From Patescibacteria group bacterium (GTDB lineage Bacteria > Patescibacteriota > Minisyncoccia > UBA6257 > GWB1-50-10), in the NCBI GenBank assembly GCA_024239035.1, contig JANBVK010000001.1, positions 107,010 to 171,009 of the forward strand: a stretch of DNA of 64,000 bases, written 5' to 3'. The notes under the pieces are model-generated. The model saw only the letters and a list, made by a program, of their open reading frames with translations. It did not search any database and had not been told where the DNA came from. Both the position numbers and the translations under genes were made by a program. Numbering within the stretch: the stretch's first letter is position 1; each line of letters opens with the position of its first letter. Below, in pieces: positions 36,549-46,807 of this stretch.

Positions 36549-37727
36549 TCAGCGAACGCCGAGTGTTGCTCCCGAATACTCGAGATCTTTCGGCTTGATG
36601 ACGACCTTCTTCTCATCACTCCGCTCAATGTGTCCGGCATAGCATGCGCCGTAGCGATTGAGGTACTCGTCTCCTTTGAGCACGTCCCAAACTTTCCTCA
36701 CATCAGCTTCCGGCACATAGAGCGCGAAACCCGCACCCATGTTGAAGTTTCCGTATGCCTCCCAATCATCCACCGGACCATGTCTCTGCAAAAAATTGAA
36801 GATCGGTAGTTGCTTCGGCAGGCACTCGATGACGTAGGCGAACGGTTGTGTTGCCCGCATGAGCTTGCGCCAGCCGTGCCCCGTGATGTTCACTGCGTAG
36901 TGGATGTTCACACCACGATCCAAGCAATCCTCGACGAGCGCGACATAGATATACGTAGGGTCGAGTAATGTTTCGCCGTACGTTCGGCCATCGTCGAGTT
37001 TGGTGAGATAGCCGTCCGGCAGAGCGCGCGACGGGAACCATTGCGGAAAGAAAAGATGCGCTAGTCGTCGCCAGAAACCGTCTCTCCGCCCGGCTATCCT
37101 TCGAGCCATCGTGAGGGCGTTCGCGTGGATACCGGAACTCTCGATGAGAATGATAGCATCGCCATGCTGGATGCTGTCTGCCGTGATAAGCCGCTCCTTC
37201 GGCTTCACAATGCCCATCGCTGAACCGGAAAGAACAACCGCCCCCGGCATAACCACGCCCTTGAGAGTTGGTGTTTCGCCGCCACCCCACACACAACGCG
37301 CCAGCGTGCACGCCCTCTTCCAACCCCCGACGAGATCGCGACATCTCTTCTCGTCATTAAACCAGTCAGAGTCGCCGACGGCAAGGTGCATCGCCACCGA
37401 GAGCGGAAGCGCGCCGAGTGTAACCATGTCGTTCACAATCATCGCCACAGTGTCCTGCGCGATGTGATCGTAGTACGACTTACCGGTTAGGCGGTACATA
37501 GCATCAGCTACGAGGTTTTTCGTACCGAGACCCTCCTCAACATGGGCAAAGTAGCTTTTTGCCGCCTCGATGAGATAAGCACTTTCACCCCGACTCATCT
37601 CGACTTCCCGAAACTCGCCATTATTGAGACGACTGATGTTTGTTGCTGTCTCATGCCCGGCGAGTTGCGCCATCCGCTTGAACGGATCCATTGCGCCGTA
37701 ATCAACACCAACGCCGACATATGTCAT
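36549..37727 (-). CDS. purM: Phosphoribosylformylglycinamidine cyclo-ligase (AIR synthase)
   Basis: TY..GVD, EGLGTK, VAMIVND, GGET, SSGIHAN, NITGHG and FNMGAG. Start at MTY has AGGAGG upstream. Confidence 0.88.
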   Translation of the reverse strand: MTYVGVGVDYGAMDPFKRMAQLAGHETATNISRLNNGEFREVEMSRGESAYLIEAAKSYFAHVEEGLGTKNLVADAMYRLTGKSYYDHIAQDTVAMIVNDMVTLGALPLSVAMHLAVGDSDWFNDEKRCRDLVGGWKRACTLARCVWGGGETPTLKGVVMPGAVVLSGSAMGIVKPKERLITADSIQHGDAIILIESSGIHANALTMARRIAGRRDGFWRRLAHLFFPQWFPSRALPDGYLTKLDDGRTYGETLLDPTYIYVALVEDCLDRGVNIHYAVNITGHGWRKLMRATQPFAYVIECLPKQLPIFNFLQRHGPVDDWEAYGNFNMGAGFALYVPEADVRKVWDVLKGDEYLNRYGACYAGHIERSDEKKVVIKPKDLEYSGATLGVR

Positions 37728-37859
37728 TCCTCCTATCATTGACCGCTCCTTTTTCAGTTAGAAATGAACAAATTAAGCTATTTACTCTAGCTTGATTACC
37801 AAAATCACACTAGCGAAAACATCATAAAAAATCAACCATCTGTACCACCTCTTAGTAAA

Positions 37860-37895
37860 TAAAAGGGACGCCCACTGTTTCCAATGTGCGTCCCG
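37860..37895 (-). terminator. Probable terminator after pyrD
   Basis: GGGACGC.CA / TG.GCGTCCC stem with a T tail on the minus strand. Confidence 0.55.
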
Positions 37896-37921
37896 TTAGG
37901 ATGAATTTTCCGGCAAGCGAC

Positions 37922-38824
37922 TTATACGCTCGCGACTTCAAGGAGCTCGTCAAGCAGCGAACTGAACACTTGCTCGTGCCGCTCGAGATAGGCGGTGGCT
38001 ACCTGCACTGCCACAGCACCGCTCTCTCGATACTCCCGAATGTCTTTTCCGTGAGTGATGCCGCCAACGCCGATAATCTGAATGCGATCCGGTAGAAGTT
38101 CTCGCAGTTGCCGAACTTGCCCGAGACCAATCGGCTTCATCGCAGGTCCCGCGAACCCGGCAAAGCCACCGCCCGGCGTAATTCTCGGCTTCGCGCCGTT
38201 GTAGCTGAACGCGTTGGGGAAGGTATTCACCGTCGTGACAACCTTGGCCACTTTCGACGCGCCGATAACCTGCGCTAATCCAGCGAGCGCGAAAGGGTCC
38301 GATAAAGGAGATATCTTGACCGACACTTTTGCGTCGGCTCCGACTCTCTCCTCGACACGATGCAGAATCTCGGTGACCAGCGCCGGATCGAAACATGCGA
38401 TGCGCTTCTGCGTACTACCCTGCCACACGTTTGGGCAGCCAAGATTCTGCTCCACGAGGTCTGCCCCACCACCGAACGCGAGCTCCGTGAGGTTTGCATA
38501 CTCCTCCGGTGAGAAACCAGCGACACTCACGAAAAGCGGTTTGTTTTCGCCGTGAGCCACGGCGACCATTTCGGAAATCGTTTCCCTGTAGTACGGCGCG
38601 CCGCGGTTCGGAAGCCCGAGCGAATTGAGCGAGAACATCGGCCCCGCCCAGTAGACATCGCCGGTGTTACCCGTTCGCGGCTCCACGGTGATCGAGCCAA
38701 CCATGACCGCCGCACTGGCTGAACGCGAAAGCTCTTTCACTTCTTCCAGCGATCTGCATGTCCCCGCCGCGTTCATCAGCGGGTGTTCCAATCGGATACC
38801 TGCGACTTCAGTTTGCAGCTCCAT
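37922..38824 (-). CDS. pyrD: Dihydroorotate dehydrogenase, family 1
   Basis: PLMNAAG, NSLGLPN, NLGCPN, VKISP, VNT, IIGVGGI and VQVAT. Confidence 0.92.
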   Translation of the reverse strand: MELQTEVAGIRLEHPLMNAAGTCRSLEEVKELSRSASAAVMVGSITVEPRTGNTGDVYWAGPMFSLNSLGLPNRGAPYYRETISEMVAVAHGENKPLFVSVAGFSPEEYANLTELAFGGGADLVEQNLGCPNVWQGSTQKRIACFDPALVTEILHRVEERVGADAKVSVKISPLSDPFALAGLAQVIGASKVAKVVTTVNTFPNAFSYNGAKPRITPGGGFAGFAGPAMKPIGLGQVRQLRELLPDRIQIIGVGGITHGKDIREYRESGAVAVQVATAYLERHEQVFSSLLDELLEVASV

Positions 38825-38907
38825 GCCTTTTTCTTCCTCTCTTCGATTGGGAATGTACGATTTCAGCCCGACTATCGGGCTGATTACTAAAATCCGGAAC
38901 GTAGATC

Positions 38908-39135
38908 TCAGGAGGGCAGAATGACCAGAGAATGTGAAACGGGCCTGTATTGCAACCCATCGCCGACCTCCTTCAGACGATCGTATTCCTTCGCGAGCAC
39001 TTCAGACAACGTTCTATTGAGACTACTCTCGTCTACGTTTGATACAAACCCCACTCCAAAATGATGGAAACCCTTAACATCAGTTCCAGAGCTGAATGTA
39101 TGGAACAGAACAGAAAGAAAGAAATGACAGGACAT
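38908..39135 (-). CDS. Small hypothetical protein
   Basis: 75 aa, with GGGAGG 5 nt upstream of ATG. Confidence 0.45.
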   Translation of the reverse strand: MSCHFFLSVLFHTFSSGTDVKGFHHFGVGFVSNVDESSLNRTLSEVLAKEYDRLKEVGDGLQYRPVSHSLVILPS

Positions 39136-39241
39136 ATACGCCTCCCAATATGAGTAACAAGCAAGTCAAGGTTCTGCGGAAAAGGATGACACCAGCAAGA
39201 CAAATTGTCAATTCCCACCCTTCGCCATTAAAAATGGTCAG

Positions 39242-39315
39242 TGGGCGGAACAGGATTCGAACCCGTGACCTTTCGGATGTGACCCGAACGCTCTAACCAA
39301 CTGAGCTACCCGCCC
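39242..39315 (-). tRNA. tRNA-Val (CAC)
   Basis: GGGCGGGTAGCTCAGTTGGTTAGAGCGTTCGG-GTCACAT-CCGAAAGGTCACGGGTTCGAATCCTGTTCCGCCCA. Confidence 0.95.
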
Positions 39316-39391
39316 ATCATCCACACCACTATTGTACCCCAAGAAACGGAGCCAACAGTTCTTGCTATCACACAAGAATTATTTTTCTCTC

Positions 39392-39763
39392 CTACTGCAA
39401 CTCTACCGTAGCTCCTGCTTCTTCTAGCTTTTTCTTAAGCTCATCTGCTTCCTCCTTATTCAATCCCTCCTTAATCGTCTTCGGAGCACCATCAACTATA
39501 TCTTTTGCTTCCTTAAGACCAACACCGGCCGCTTCCTTAACTATCTTAATCACATTAATCTTCTGATCCCCCGCAACTTTAAGCACTACATTATAAGAAC
39601 TTTTCTCTTCCTTATCGCCGGCTTCTTCTCCGCCGCCTCCAGCCGTAGCGGGCATTGCAGCCGAGACGCCAAACTTTTCCTCCAGCGTTTTCACAAGCTC
39701 GGAGAGCTCAACCACTGAAAGTTTTTCGATTTTTTCTATTATATCACTAAATTTTTCTGCCAT
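39392..39763 (-). CDS. rplL: 50S ribosomal protein L7/L12
   Basis: [30 protein letters not shown] and [10 protein letters not shown]. Confidence 0.98.
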   Translation of the reverse strand: MAEKFSDIIEKIEKLSVVELSELVKTLEEKFGVSAAMPATAGGGGEEAGDKEEKSSYNVVLKVAGDQKINVIKIVKEAAGVGLKEAKDIVDGAPKTIKEGLNKEEADELKKKLEEAGATVELQ

Positions 39764-39771
39764 AATATTTT

Positions 39772-40275
39772 TTATTTATTTTCGACCATTTTTGATTTCT
39801 GATCCAAAACATAAAGTAACATTTGGAGCGGCGCAGAGAGCATTCCTACAAGCTGCCCCAAAAGAACTTCCCTGCTTGGCAACTGACCTAAACTAAGAAT
39901 CTCCGCACTCTCAACAAATGCTTTATCTTTTATATTAAAACCGCCGAGTATCTTAAGAGAGCCCTTCTCCTGCTTGGAAAACTTATACACCGTGGATGCA
40001 GTCTCATGAACGTCTTTTGGTGAAAATACCACACCCGTCTGGCCCTCAAAATTTTTTGGATCAAACTCCATCCCAATCTTCTCAAATACAAACTTAAGAA
40101 GGCGTTTCTTCACCACACGAAACACACCACCAATTGCCCGCACTTGTCCTCTAAAATCATTTAACTTATTTACTGATAACCCCGTAAAATCAACTAAAAC
40201 CACCGTCTCGCTTCCTTTGAGATTTTCCACTCCCTGCTCAACTGCTTTATTCTTTTGATCTTTTGTTTTTGCCAT
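39772..40275 (-). CDS. rplJ: 50S ribosomal protein L10
   Basis: DFTGLSV, VVKKRL and [11 protein letters not shown]. Start at MAKTK (40275). Confidence 0.95.
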   Translation of the reverse strand: MAKTKDQKNKAVEQGVENLKGSETVVLVDFTGLSVNKLNDFRGQVRAIGGVFRVVKKRLLKFVFEKIGMEFDPKNFEGQTGVVFSPKDVHETASTVYKFSKQEKGSLKILGGFNIKDKAFVESAEILSLGQLPSREVLLGQLVGMLSAPLQMLLYVLDQKSKMVENK

Positions 40276-40368
40276 AAAAAAAGCGGCATCGTGCCGCAAA
40301 ACATAAAAATCCTTACTCTCCTACATAGGACTTATCCGCCTATTGGCGGACCTATGATCTGCGGATAC
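40276..40368 (-). promoter_or_regulatory. L10 ribosomal leader (autogenous control)
   Basis: CCGCAGATCATAGG-hairpin-ATAAGTCCTATGTAGG resembles the L10-leader pattern CCGUAGAC.GUAGG...UAA..CCUAC.GAGG, directly 5' of rplJ. TTGACA-N16-TAATAT upstream. Confidence 0.7.
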
Positions 40369-40473
40369 GTGTACATATTAGCCTACCTCAAGTAAATGTC
40401 AACACCGCCAAAAAACGAAGCGGCACTGATTGTAAGTGCCGCTTGGTTTTGTACTCTGCTCTGGCGAGATACA

Positions 40474-40602
40474 TCATCGTGCAAAAAGCATTATCACAAC
40501 AACGCCGATCATAATGATGAAAAGGATCCGCTCTAGCCAGTTCCGCCCCTTCTTGCCGTAGAACGGGTGTGGTCGATACTCTCGCCGAATATTTCGAGAC
40601 AT
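40474..40602 (-). CDS. Small single-TM hypothetical protein
   Basis: MSRNIRR... with GAGGGG RBS and a C-terminal TM. Hairpin AAGCGGCAC/GTGCCGCTT downstream. Confidence 0.45.
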   Translation of the reverse strand: MSRNIRREYRPHPFYGKKGRNWLERILFIIMIGVVVIMLFAR

Positions 40603-40703
40603 AACCCCTCTCTGTTGAAGTTCTATAAAGATTAATACCTCAAAAAGCCTGTGTGTGTCAAACAAAAACCCAACCTTAAATCAGCGCCTCGAAAGGTTTT
40701 TAG

Positions 40704-41786
40704 TTATAATCCCCCCTCCAAGTCCTCAAGTAATTTCTTAGCTTTCGTTGAAAGTTTTTTAGGTGTCTTTAACGTAAAAGAAATATAAAGATCGCCGCGA
40801 TTGTGAATCAAACCAAAAACGGGCATGCCTCTCCCCGGCACCCTAAGCTTGTCTTTAACGTTGAATTCTTGCGGCATAGAAACCTCAAATGTCTCCCCGT
40901 TTATATCTTCAATCTTAATTTTTCTGCCGAGTAGCGCGTCAGTAAAACTAATTTCTCGTTCCATAAGGAGATCTCTTTTATTTCTTGAAAATACCGGGTG
41001 GGGCTTTACTTTGATTACCACATAAAGATCACCGTTTGACCCTTCTCTTTCTCCCGCTTCCCCTGCGCCGCTTACCTTTATAATCTGCCCGTTTTCTACG
41101 CCGGGATTAATGTCAATTATTATCTCTTTCATGCCTAAAACCCTAGCCGCCCCCTCACAAACCTCACAAGGTTTATTCGGCATCTCGCCGCGTCCGGAAC
41201 ACTTCGGACAAGATTTGACCTGGGCAAAATTGCCAAAAAATGTTCTCTTTTGCTCTTTAATCTCCCCTCGCCCCTGACATACGGTGCATGTTGTAAATCC
41301 CTTACTCTTATCATGACCCAATCCCTTACAAGCATCGCAAGAGATATAAGTTTTAAGGCTAATTGTACGCTTAAGTCCTTTATACGCTTCCTCTAATGAA
41401 ATTTCCTGGAGTGTCTCGATATCAGAACCATGAGTATAGGTCTGACGACGCTGCCCGCCAAACTGGCCAAAAAGACTCTCTAACACATCACTTAAATCAA
41501 CCATGTCACCGCCAAAATCAACATTCCAACCTTCTCCAAAACCCGCTTGTCTGTAAGGCGCCCCTCCAGGCGTTCCCTCAAAAACCCCGCCAAACCGGTC
41601 ATACTGCGCCTTCTTTTCTTTATTAGAGAGCACTTGATAAGCCTCATTTACCTCTTTAAATTTCTTCTCGTTGCCGCCTGACTTATCAGGATGATATTTA
41701 TGAGCCAATTGGCGGTAAGCCTTCTTTATGTCCTCGTTTGAAGCATCTTTTGAGACGCCTAAAACTTTGTAATAATCCTCTGTCAT
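40704..41786 (-). CDS. dnaJ: Chaperone DnaJ
   Basis: J-domain with HPD and four CxxCxGxG repeats. Confidence 0.97.
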   Translation of the reverse strand: MTEDYYKVLGVSKDASNEDIKKAYRQLAHKYHPDKSGGNEKKFKEVNEAYQVLSNKEKKAQYDRFGGVFEGTPGGAPYRQAGFGEGWNVDFGGDMVDLSDVLESLFGQFGGQRRQTYTHGSDIETLQEISLEEAYKGLKRTISLKTYISCDACKGLGHDKSKGFTTCTVCQGRGEIKEQKRTFFGNFAQVKSCPKCSGRGEMPNKPCEVCEGAARVLGMKEIIIDINPGVENGQIIKVSGAGEAGEREGSNGDLYVVIKVKPHPVFSRNKRDLLMEREISFTDALLGRKIKIEDINGETFEVSMPQEFNVKDKLRVPGRGMPVFGLIHNRGDLYISFTLKTPKKLSTKAKKLLEDLEGGL

Positions 41787-41805
41787 AATTCTATAAATTG
41801 AGTTT

Positions 41806-42849
41806 CTAACTCAACATCACAAATTCCCGACCTCTGTTCTCTAGAGTAATATGAGCGAACCCACTAATCAATAGAAACTTAAATAACACAAACGCCACTA
41901 GTTCTATAAACCAATAAAGCAAAACAGCTATCCCCTTCACACCAAAGAAAAAAGCCAATGCTAAAGCTAAACTTAATGCCGATTTTAAGGCAGCCGACAA
42001 GCCGTTAAAATAATCTTTGGTTATCCTAAAAACCTCTCCTGTTACCGGTGCGCTGGCATTAAGCGGACCAACGACTTTCTCCAATTCTTTTTTTAATTCT
42101 AGGGAAAACCGCCTGACTGCTTCCGCTTTTTCGGGTGGTGGTAAACGCTGGAAATTAATGGCGGGATCGGCCTCTGTCTCCCCCATCGAACTGGGTATCT
42201 TTCTAAGCTGGTTCAGAGCAATAACATCAAGAAAGCTCTGAACAGTTTTATTAAAAGATATGTCGGAAAACACAAGCCCTACAATCGGCTGGGAAGAGGC
42301 AAGTGTCTGACCAACCAGTACCCTACCCAACTCGTCATTAAAATTCCCCCACGAGAAGTAATTCAGATAAAACACTATTGTCAAGAAAATTAGAAGACCG
42401 GTAACGGCTCTGGGTAAAATACTCCTGGCTGTAAAGAAAAATTTTATCTCCAAGCTGTTAGATAATACTCGCTGACCCCTTACGGCCGCAAAAACCAGAA
42501 AAATAAAGAAGATTAAAGAGCCGGCTATCAAAACCAATGAGGGAGAAGGATAAATCCGAGAATAGAAAACAATAAGCGGAGTAATCCCCTGCAAAAACAT
42601 CACTACTACCATATTAAACCTGCCTTTAATAAAAAATATCTGGAGAATCATTACTACTAAGAAACCGCCGCCAAACAAGAGGCTAAAAAACAAACGGCTG
42701 TAGTCAGCTGTCAATAAAAATTTATTGAAGAAGTAAGTAGTAGCAAAAATAAACCCAGCGCCGAATAGAACCAAGATAATTATCTTCCAGAGACTGCGAT
42801 CTTCTTCTGATTCTTTTGATTGGCTAATTACTGTCGGGTTGGGACTCAT
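41806..42849 (-). CDS. Multi-pass membrane protein of unknown function inside the dnaK operon
   Basis: About 5 N-terminal TMs, a soluble loop and C-terminal TMs. Probable start MSPNP (42849) overlaps the dnaK end. Confidence 0.7.
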   Translation of the reverse strand: MSPNPTVISQSKESEEDRSLWKIIILVLFGAGFIFATTYFFNKFLLTADYSRLFFSLLFGGGFLVVMILQIFFIKGRFNMVVVMFLQGITPLIVFYSRIYPSPSLVLIAGSLIFFIFLVFAAVRGQRVLSNSLEIKFFFTARSILPRAVTGLLIFLTIVFYLNYFSWGNFNDELGRVLVGQTLASSQPIVGLVFSDISFNKTVQSFLDVIALNQLRKIPSSMGETEADPAINFQRLPPPEKAEAVRRFSLELKKELEKVVGPLNASAPVTGEVFRITKDYFNGLSAALKSALSLALALAFFFGVKGIAVLLYWFIELVAFVLFKFLLISGFAHITLENRGREFVMLS

Positions 42850-44740
42850 TTGGTTTTTGTTCGTCCGGCTTTTTACTATCGGAGTCGGGCTTATCCTTAG
42901 TATTATACAATGACCCTCCAACTCTTTGAAGTTCCGAAGAAAGCTCAGTTGTTGCTCTTTTAATCGCTTCTATGTCTTCACCGCCCTGTACCTGCTTTAG
43001 GCTTTCTATTTTTTTATTAACGCTGTCTTTGATATCAGCCGAGAGTTTCTCTCCCGCGTCTTTTATGCTTTTCTCCGATGTATAGATAAGCGACTCGGCT
43101 TGATTTTTGGCGTCAATAAGCTCTTTCTTTTTCTGGTCTTCGGCGGCGTGTTCAGTCGCCTCCTTCTTTAGACGTTCAACTTCCTCTTTGTTCAAACTGG
43201 TACTTGCTTCAATCTTCACCGACTGACCCTTATTGGTAGCTTTATCCTTGGCTGAAACGTTCAGGATTCCGTTTACATCAATGTTAAAAGTTACCTCTAC
43301 TTGAGGAACACCGCGAGGCGACGGCGGGACACCATCTAAGATAAAACGAGCAAGTGTCTTATTATCGGCCATCATCGGCCGCTCGCCCTGACCAACATGA
43401 ATCTCAACGGACGTTTGATTGTCGGCAGCGGTCGAGAAAATCTGTTTCTTATCGGTAGGTATAGTTGTGTTTCTGGAGATCATCGGCGTAGCAACGCCGC
43501 CAAGCGTCTCAATTGAGAGCGTGAGAGGCGTAACATCAAGCAGAAGCATATCTTTTACATCTCCCTCTGGCTTACGACCTTCGTCTTTAGCCGCAATAAT
43601 CTCAGCCTGAATCGCCGCCCCGGTAGCCACCACCTCATCGGGATTGATGCCTTTATGAGGTTCCTTGCCAAAAAGTTTCTCTATTGCTTTTTGAATGGCT
43701 GGCATTCGCGTCTGACCGCCAACGAGGATGATCTCGTCAATATCTTGCATCTTCAAGCCGGCTCCTTTCGGCGACGCGGCGGTAACGGCCTCCTTTACCA
43801 GACTGATAGATTTATCAATCATCTCACCAACTAAATCTTCTAACTTAGCGCGGGTAAGTTTCATTAAGAAGTGTTTCGGACCCGATGCATCAGAAGTAAT
43901 GTAGGGTAGGTTCACTTCGGTCTCAAGCGTTGTTGAGAGTTCGTGTTTCGCCCGCTCTACCGCCTCTTTCAATCTCTGAAGAGCTAGTGAGTCCTTGGAT
44001 ATATCAATTCCTTCTTGCTTCTTAAATTCTTTAACAAGATGTTCAATTATTTTTTTATCAAAATCATCTCCTCCTAAGTGAGTGTCGCCGCCGGTCGCTT
44101 TCACCTCAACGGTATTATCAGCCACTTCAAGAATGGAAATATCAAAGGTTCCGCCGCCGAGGTCGTAAACGACTATCTTTTCTTCTTTCTTGAGGTTTAA
44201 ACCGTAGGCGAGCGCCGCTGCCGTCGGTTCGTTTATAACACGTTTCACTTTAAAACCGGCTATCTCGGCAGCGTTTTTAGTGGCTTGCCGCTGACTATCA
44301 TCAAAATAAGCAGGCACGGTGATTACTACTTCATCAATTTTCTCGCCTAAGATGGCTTCGGCATCAGCTTTCATTTTTTGGAGAACCATCGCTGATATTT
44401 CCTCTGGTTTATACCATTTTTCCCCCATCTTAATCTCAACTCCTCCTTGCTCAGAAGCCTTCATCTCAAACGGGAGCCAATCTTTATCGTGTTTCACTTC
44501 CTTGTCAGTAAACTTGCGACCGATTAAGCGCTTCACTGAAAAAATGGTGTTTTTGGGGTTTACGACCGCCTGGCGTTTAGCAAGCAACCCGACAAGCCGC
44601 TCACCCGACTTGCTGGTAGCAACTATTGAAGGGGTAGTGCGACCCCCCTCGTGATTCTCTAAAACGCGCGGTTCACCCCCCTCCGTTACTGCCATCGCGG
44701 AGTTAGTTGTTCCTAAATCTATTCCTAGTATTTTAGCCAT
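42824..44740 (-). CDS. dnaK: Chaperone DnaK
   Basis: [30 protein letters not shown] and LLLDVTPL. Confidence 0.99.
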   Translation of the reverse strand: MAKILGIDLGTTNSAMAVTEGGEPRVLENHEGGRTTPSIVATSKSGERLVGLLAKRQAVVNPKNTIFSVKRLIGRKFTDKEVKHDKDWLPFEMKASEQGGVEIKMGEKWYKPEEISAMVLQKMKADAEAILGEKIDEVVITVPAYFDDSQRQATKNAAEIAGFKVKRVINEPTAAALAYGLNLKKEEKIVVYDLGGGTFDISILEVADNTVEVKATGGDTHLGGDDFDKKIIEHLVKEFKKQEGIDISKDSLALQRLKEAVERAKHELSTTLETEVNLPYITSDASGPKHFLMKLTRAKLEDLVGEMIDKSISLVKEAVTAASPKGAGLKMQDIDEIILVGGQTRMPAIQKAIEKLFGKEPHKGINPDEVVATGAAIQAEIIAAKDEGRKPEGDVKDMLLLDVTPLTLSIETLGGVATPMISRNTTIPTDKKQIFSTAADNQTSVEIHVGQGERPMMADNKTLARFILDGVPPSPRGVPQVEVTFNIDVNGILNVSAKDKATNKGQSVKIEASTSLNKEEVERLKKEATEHAAEDQKKKELIDAKNQAESLIYTSEKSIKDAGEKLSADIKDSVNKKIESLKQVQGGEDIEAIKRATTELSSELQRVGGSLYNTKDKPDSDSKKPDEQKPNESQPDSN

Positions 44741-44743
44741 GTT

Positions 44744-45250
44744 TTATTTATTTTTATTTTGACCTTTTGATAATTTTACTCTCGCGGGCCTTATAACCTT
44801 ACTACCCAAAATATAACCACCTTCAACTTCTTCGGCCACGGTTCCTGCTTGTTTATCAGATTCTATCTCGCTTACAGCTTCGTGATAATTAGGATCAAAC
44901 GAGTCGCCCGGCCGAACAATAATCTTTTCCAAACCATACTTCTTAAGTATTCCTTCTAACTGGTTCTTGATTAAAGACATGCCTTTCTGGGCCGGACTGT
45001 CTTTCTCTAAAACGGTCAAACCGAGATTAAAACTGTCTAAAATAATAATTAGTTCCGATATTAAAAGTCCGTTGCTCAATTTAGCAAACTGTTCAAATCT
45101 CTGACCCTCTTCTTTCTTATAGTTAATGATATCTGCCTTTGCCCGCCTCCAACCGTTCAAATATTCTTCCCTTTCTCTCTCGCATTTGGTGAGTTTATCC
45201 TGCGGTTCGCCGGTTTTCTCTTTTTTTTCCTTTTTATCTTTCTTTTCCAC
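44744..45250 (-). CDS. grpE: Nucleotide exchange factor GrpE
   Basis: RAKADIINYKK, FDPNYHEAV and GY.LG.KVIRPARV. Confidence 0.95.
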   Translation of the reverse strand: MEKKDKKEKKEKTGEPQDKLTKCEREREEYLNGWRRAKADIINYKKEEGQRFEQFAKLSNGLLISELIIILDSFNLGLTVLEKDSPAQKGMSLIKNQLEGILKKYGLEKIIVRPGDSFDPNYHEAVSEIESDKQAGTVAEEVEGGYILGSKVIRPARVKLSKGQNKNK

Positions 45251-45253
45251 GTC

Positions 45254-45958
45254 TTATAATACTTTTTCTAAATATTTTAACAACCCTAATGATTTCTCGT
45301 AGTCCATACGCTTCGGACCAATCGCAATAATAAATATTTCTTCATTGTTTACTACCAACCGCTGCGCCACGACCGAAAGGTGATGGCTTTTAGTAATGGG
45401 GCTCTTGCCAATAAAAACTTGAGGCCAAGCGTCGTCTTCCTGCCACCGGTTGATATTCAGAGCCAATCGATTTGGTAAGAATTCAAAATCTTTTGCCACT
45501 TCCACAAAGTCAGACCGCTCATCTAACTCTAGGTTTGAAAAAAGATCTTTAAAACCGCTGCTCGACATCCGCTCAGCCACCGGTTCATAACCAACGCCGA
45601 GAACTCCCAAGTAGCCTGATAATTCTTGAATCAGCCGGTCCCTCTCTCCTTCTAAAAATTCTTCCATCAAATCAACAAACCGGTCTATGTGGCTATTCAC
45701 TCGAATCTCTTCCTCGCTGTCACGGAGCAAATTCCTCACGAAAAAACGATAAGCCTTGTCAGTCGGAAATCTTCCTCCCGAAGGATGGTTCTGATAAAAG
45801 TAACCCGCTTCGCTCAAATCGTTCAGTTCCCACCGGATCATCGCCGGCCTGATTCCAAAATCATACTTTTGGTACAGACGCTTGGAAGTAATCGGCTGAC
45901 CGGTCTTAATAAATTCTCTCACTCCGCCCTCCAAAATAGATTCTGTTCTAGGCCTCAT
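45254..45958 (-). CDS. hrcA: Heat-inducible repressor HrcA (short form)
   Basis: GQPITSK, AMIRWEL..L...GY..HPSGGRFPTDKAYRFFV and IGPKRMDY. Confidence 0.9.
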   Translation of the reverse strand: MRPRTESILEGGVREFIKTGQPITSKRLYQKYDFGIRPAMIRWELNDLSEAGYFYQNHPSGGRFPTDKAYRFFVRNLLRDSEEEIRVNSHIDRFVDLMEEFLEGERDRLIQELSGYLGVLGVGYEPVAERMSSSGFKDLFSNLELDERSDFVEVAKDFEFLPNRLALNINRWQEDDAWPQVFIGKSPITKSHHLSVVAQRLVVNNEEIFIIAIGPKRMDYEKSLGLLKYLEKVL

Positions 45959-45976
45959 TACCGCGTAAGCTTAACA

Positions 45977-46003
45977 TTAGCACTGATGAGCGTCAAGTGC
46001 CAA
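45977..46003. promoter_or_regulatory. CIRCE operator overlapping the hrcA promoter
   Basis: TTAGCACTG-N9-AAGTGCCAA versus consensus TTAGCACTC-N9-GAGTGCTAA. Minus-strand TTGACG-N17-TAAGCT. Confidence 0.9.
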
Positions 46004-46777
46004 TTAAGGACACGCCGCCGAACTAGTCGCGATGTTGCCGGAGTTGTTAAGTTTCAAATGAAAGCATGAGCCGCCGGGCGCGACGAAAATGATGCCAGCC
46101 GAAGAACTGGCAAACCCTATATCACCGTTAACTTTTAATTTCACCGCCGAAACCGGCCCCGTGCCGATACCGATGCCTCCAGAAAAGAAACCGTCTTTCC
46201 AGTTATTGCCAGCATTACCAATGTCATAAGCGTTGTGCGTATTCGGTAAAACGCTTGAATCAAAAGTAGCGGCCGAAATTTTGGTAATGGCTGTTTTTAA
46301 ACTGCGAGTGGCTTTGGCTTGAAGATTATTAGTGTTGAAATCCAGAGCCAAATCAACTTGAACCACCGTCGGTCCGCCGGGGTTTTCATATTTCGTCACC
46401 AAAAAATTATTCACCTTTACGTTAGAGTCAGTAAGTGCGATAGCGGCACCGGCGCCTTCTTGGATGTATATTGCTGTATTTGAAGCGTCAACATAAATTA
46501 TTGTTGGATCAAGAGTTGAAGACGCCATCCGGAGAGTTAGCGTCGTTGTTGCTATCCCGGCTTCCATATCAACGAGGCTAGACCCGCTCACCGAACGTTG
46601 GATGGTATTCCCCACAAAAGAAATCTGCTGATTTACTTCATTAATGGAATTCTGCCTATTCTGAATTTGAGTAATGGCGGTCAAAATACTCACCAAAAAG
46701 ATAGAACTCACCGCAAAAATAACGGTGTAAATTAGCACCTCTATTAAAGTGAATCCTTGTTTTGACGTATCTCTCAT
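46004..46777 (-). CDS. Type IV pilin-like protein
   Basis: KQG/FTLIEVLIY prepilin cleavage and N-methylation motif. Confidence 0.9.
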   Translation of the reverse strand: MRDTSKQGFTLIEVLIYTVIFAVSSIFLVSILTAITQIQNRQNSINEVNQQISFVGNTIQRSVSGSSLVDMEAGIATTTLTLRMASSTLDPTIIYVDASNTAIYIQEGAGAAIALTDSNVKVNNFLVTKYENPGGPTVVQVDLALDFNTNNLQAKATRSLKTAITKISAATFDSSVLPNTHNAYDIGNAGNNWKDGFFSGGIGIGTGPVSAVKLKVNGDIGFASSSAGIIFVAPGGSCFHLKLNNSGNIATSSAACP

Positions 46778-46807
46778 AACCCAAGTAAGTTATAATAATT
46801 ATAACAG

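Noticed and set aside
37728-37921. Purine/ZTP riboswitch or PyrR site upstream of purM or pyrD
   Set aside because: No recognisable consensus; only simple hairpins at 37865-37894 and about 38864-38883.
36434-38924. Long alternative-frame ORFs overlapping purM and pyrD (e.g. 36766..37344, 37950..38396)
   Set aside because: These are shadow ORFs expected in GC-rich coding DNA and carry no motifs. The same applies to the other antisense ORFs in the track.
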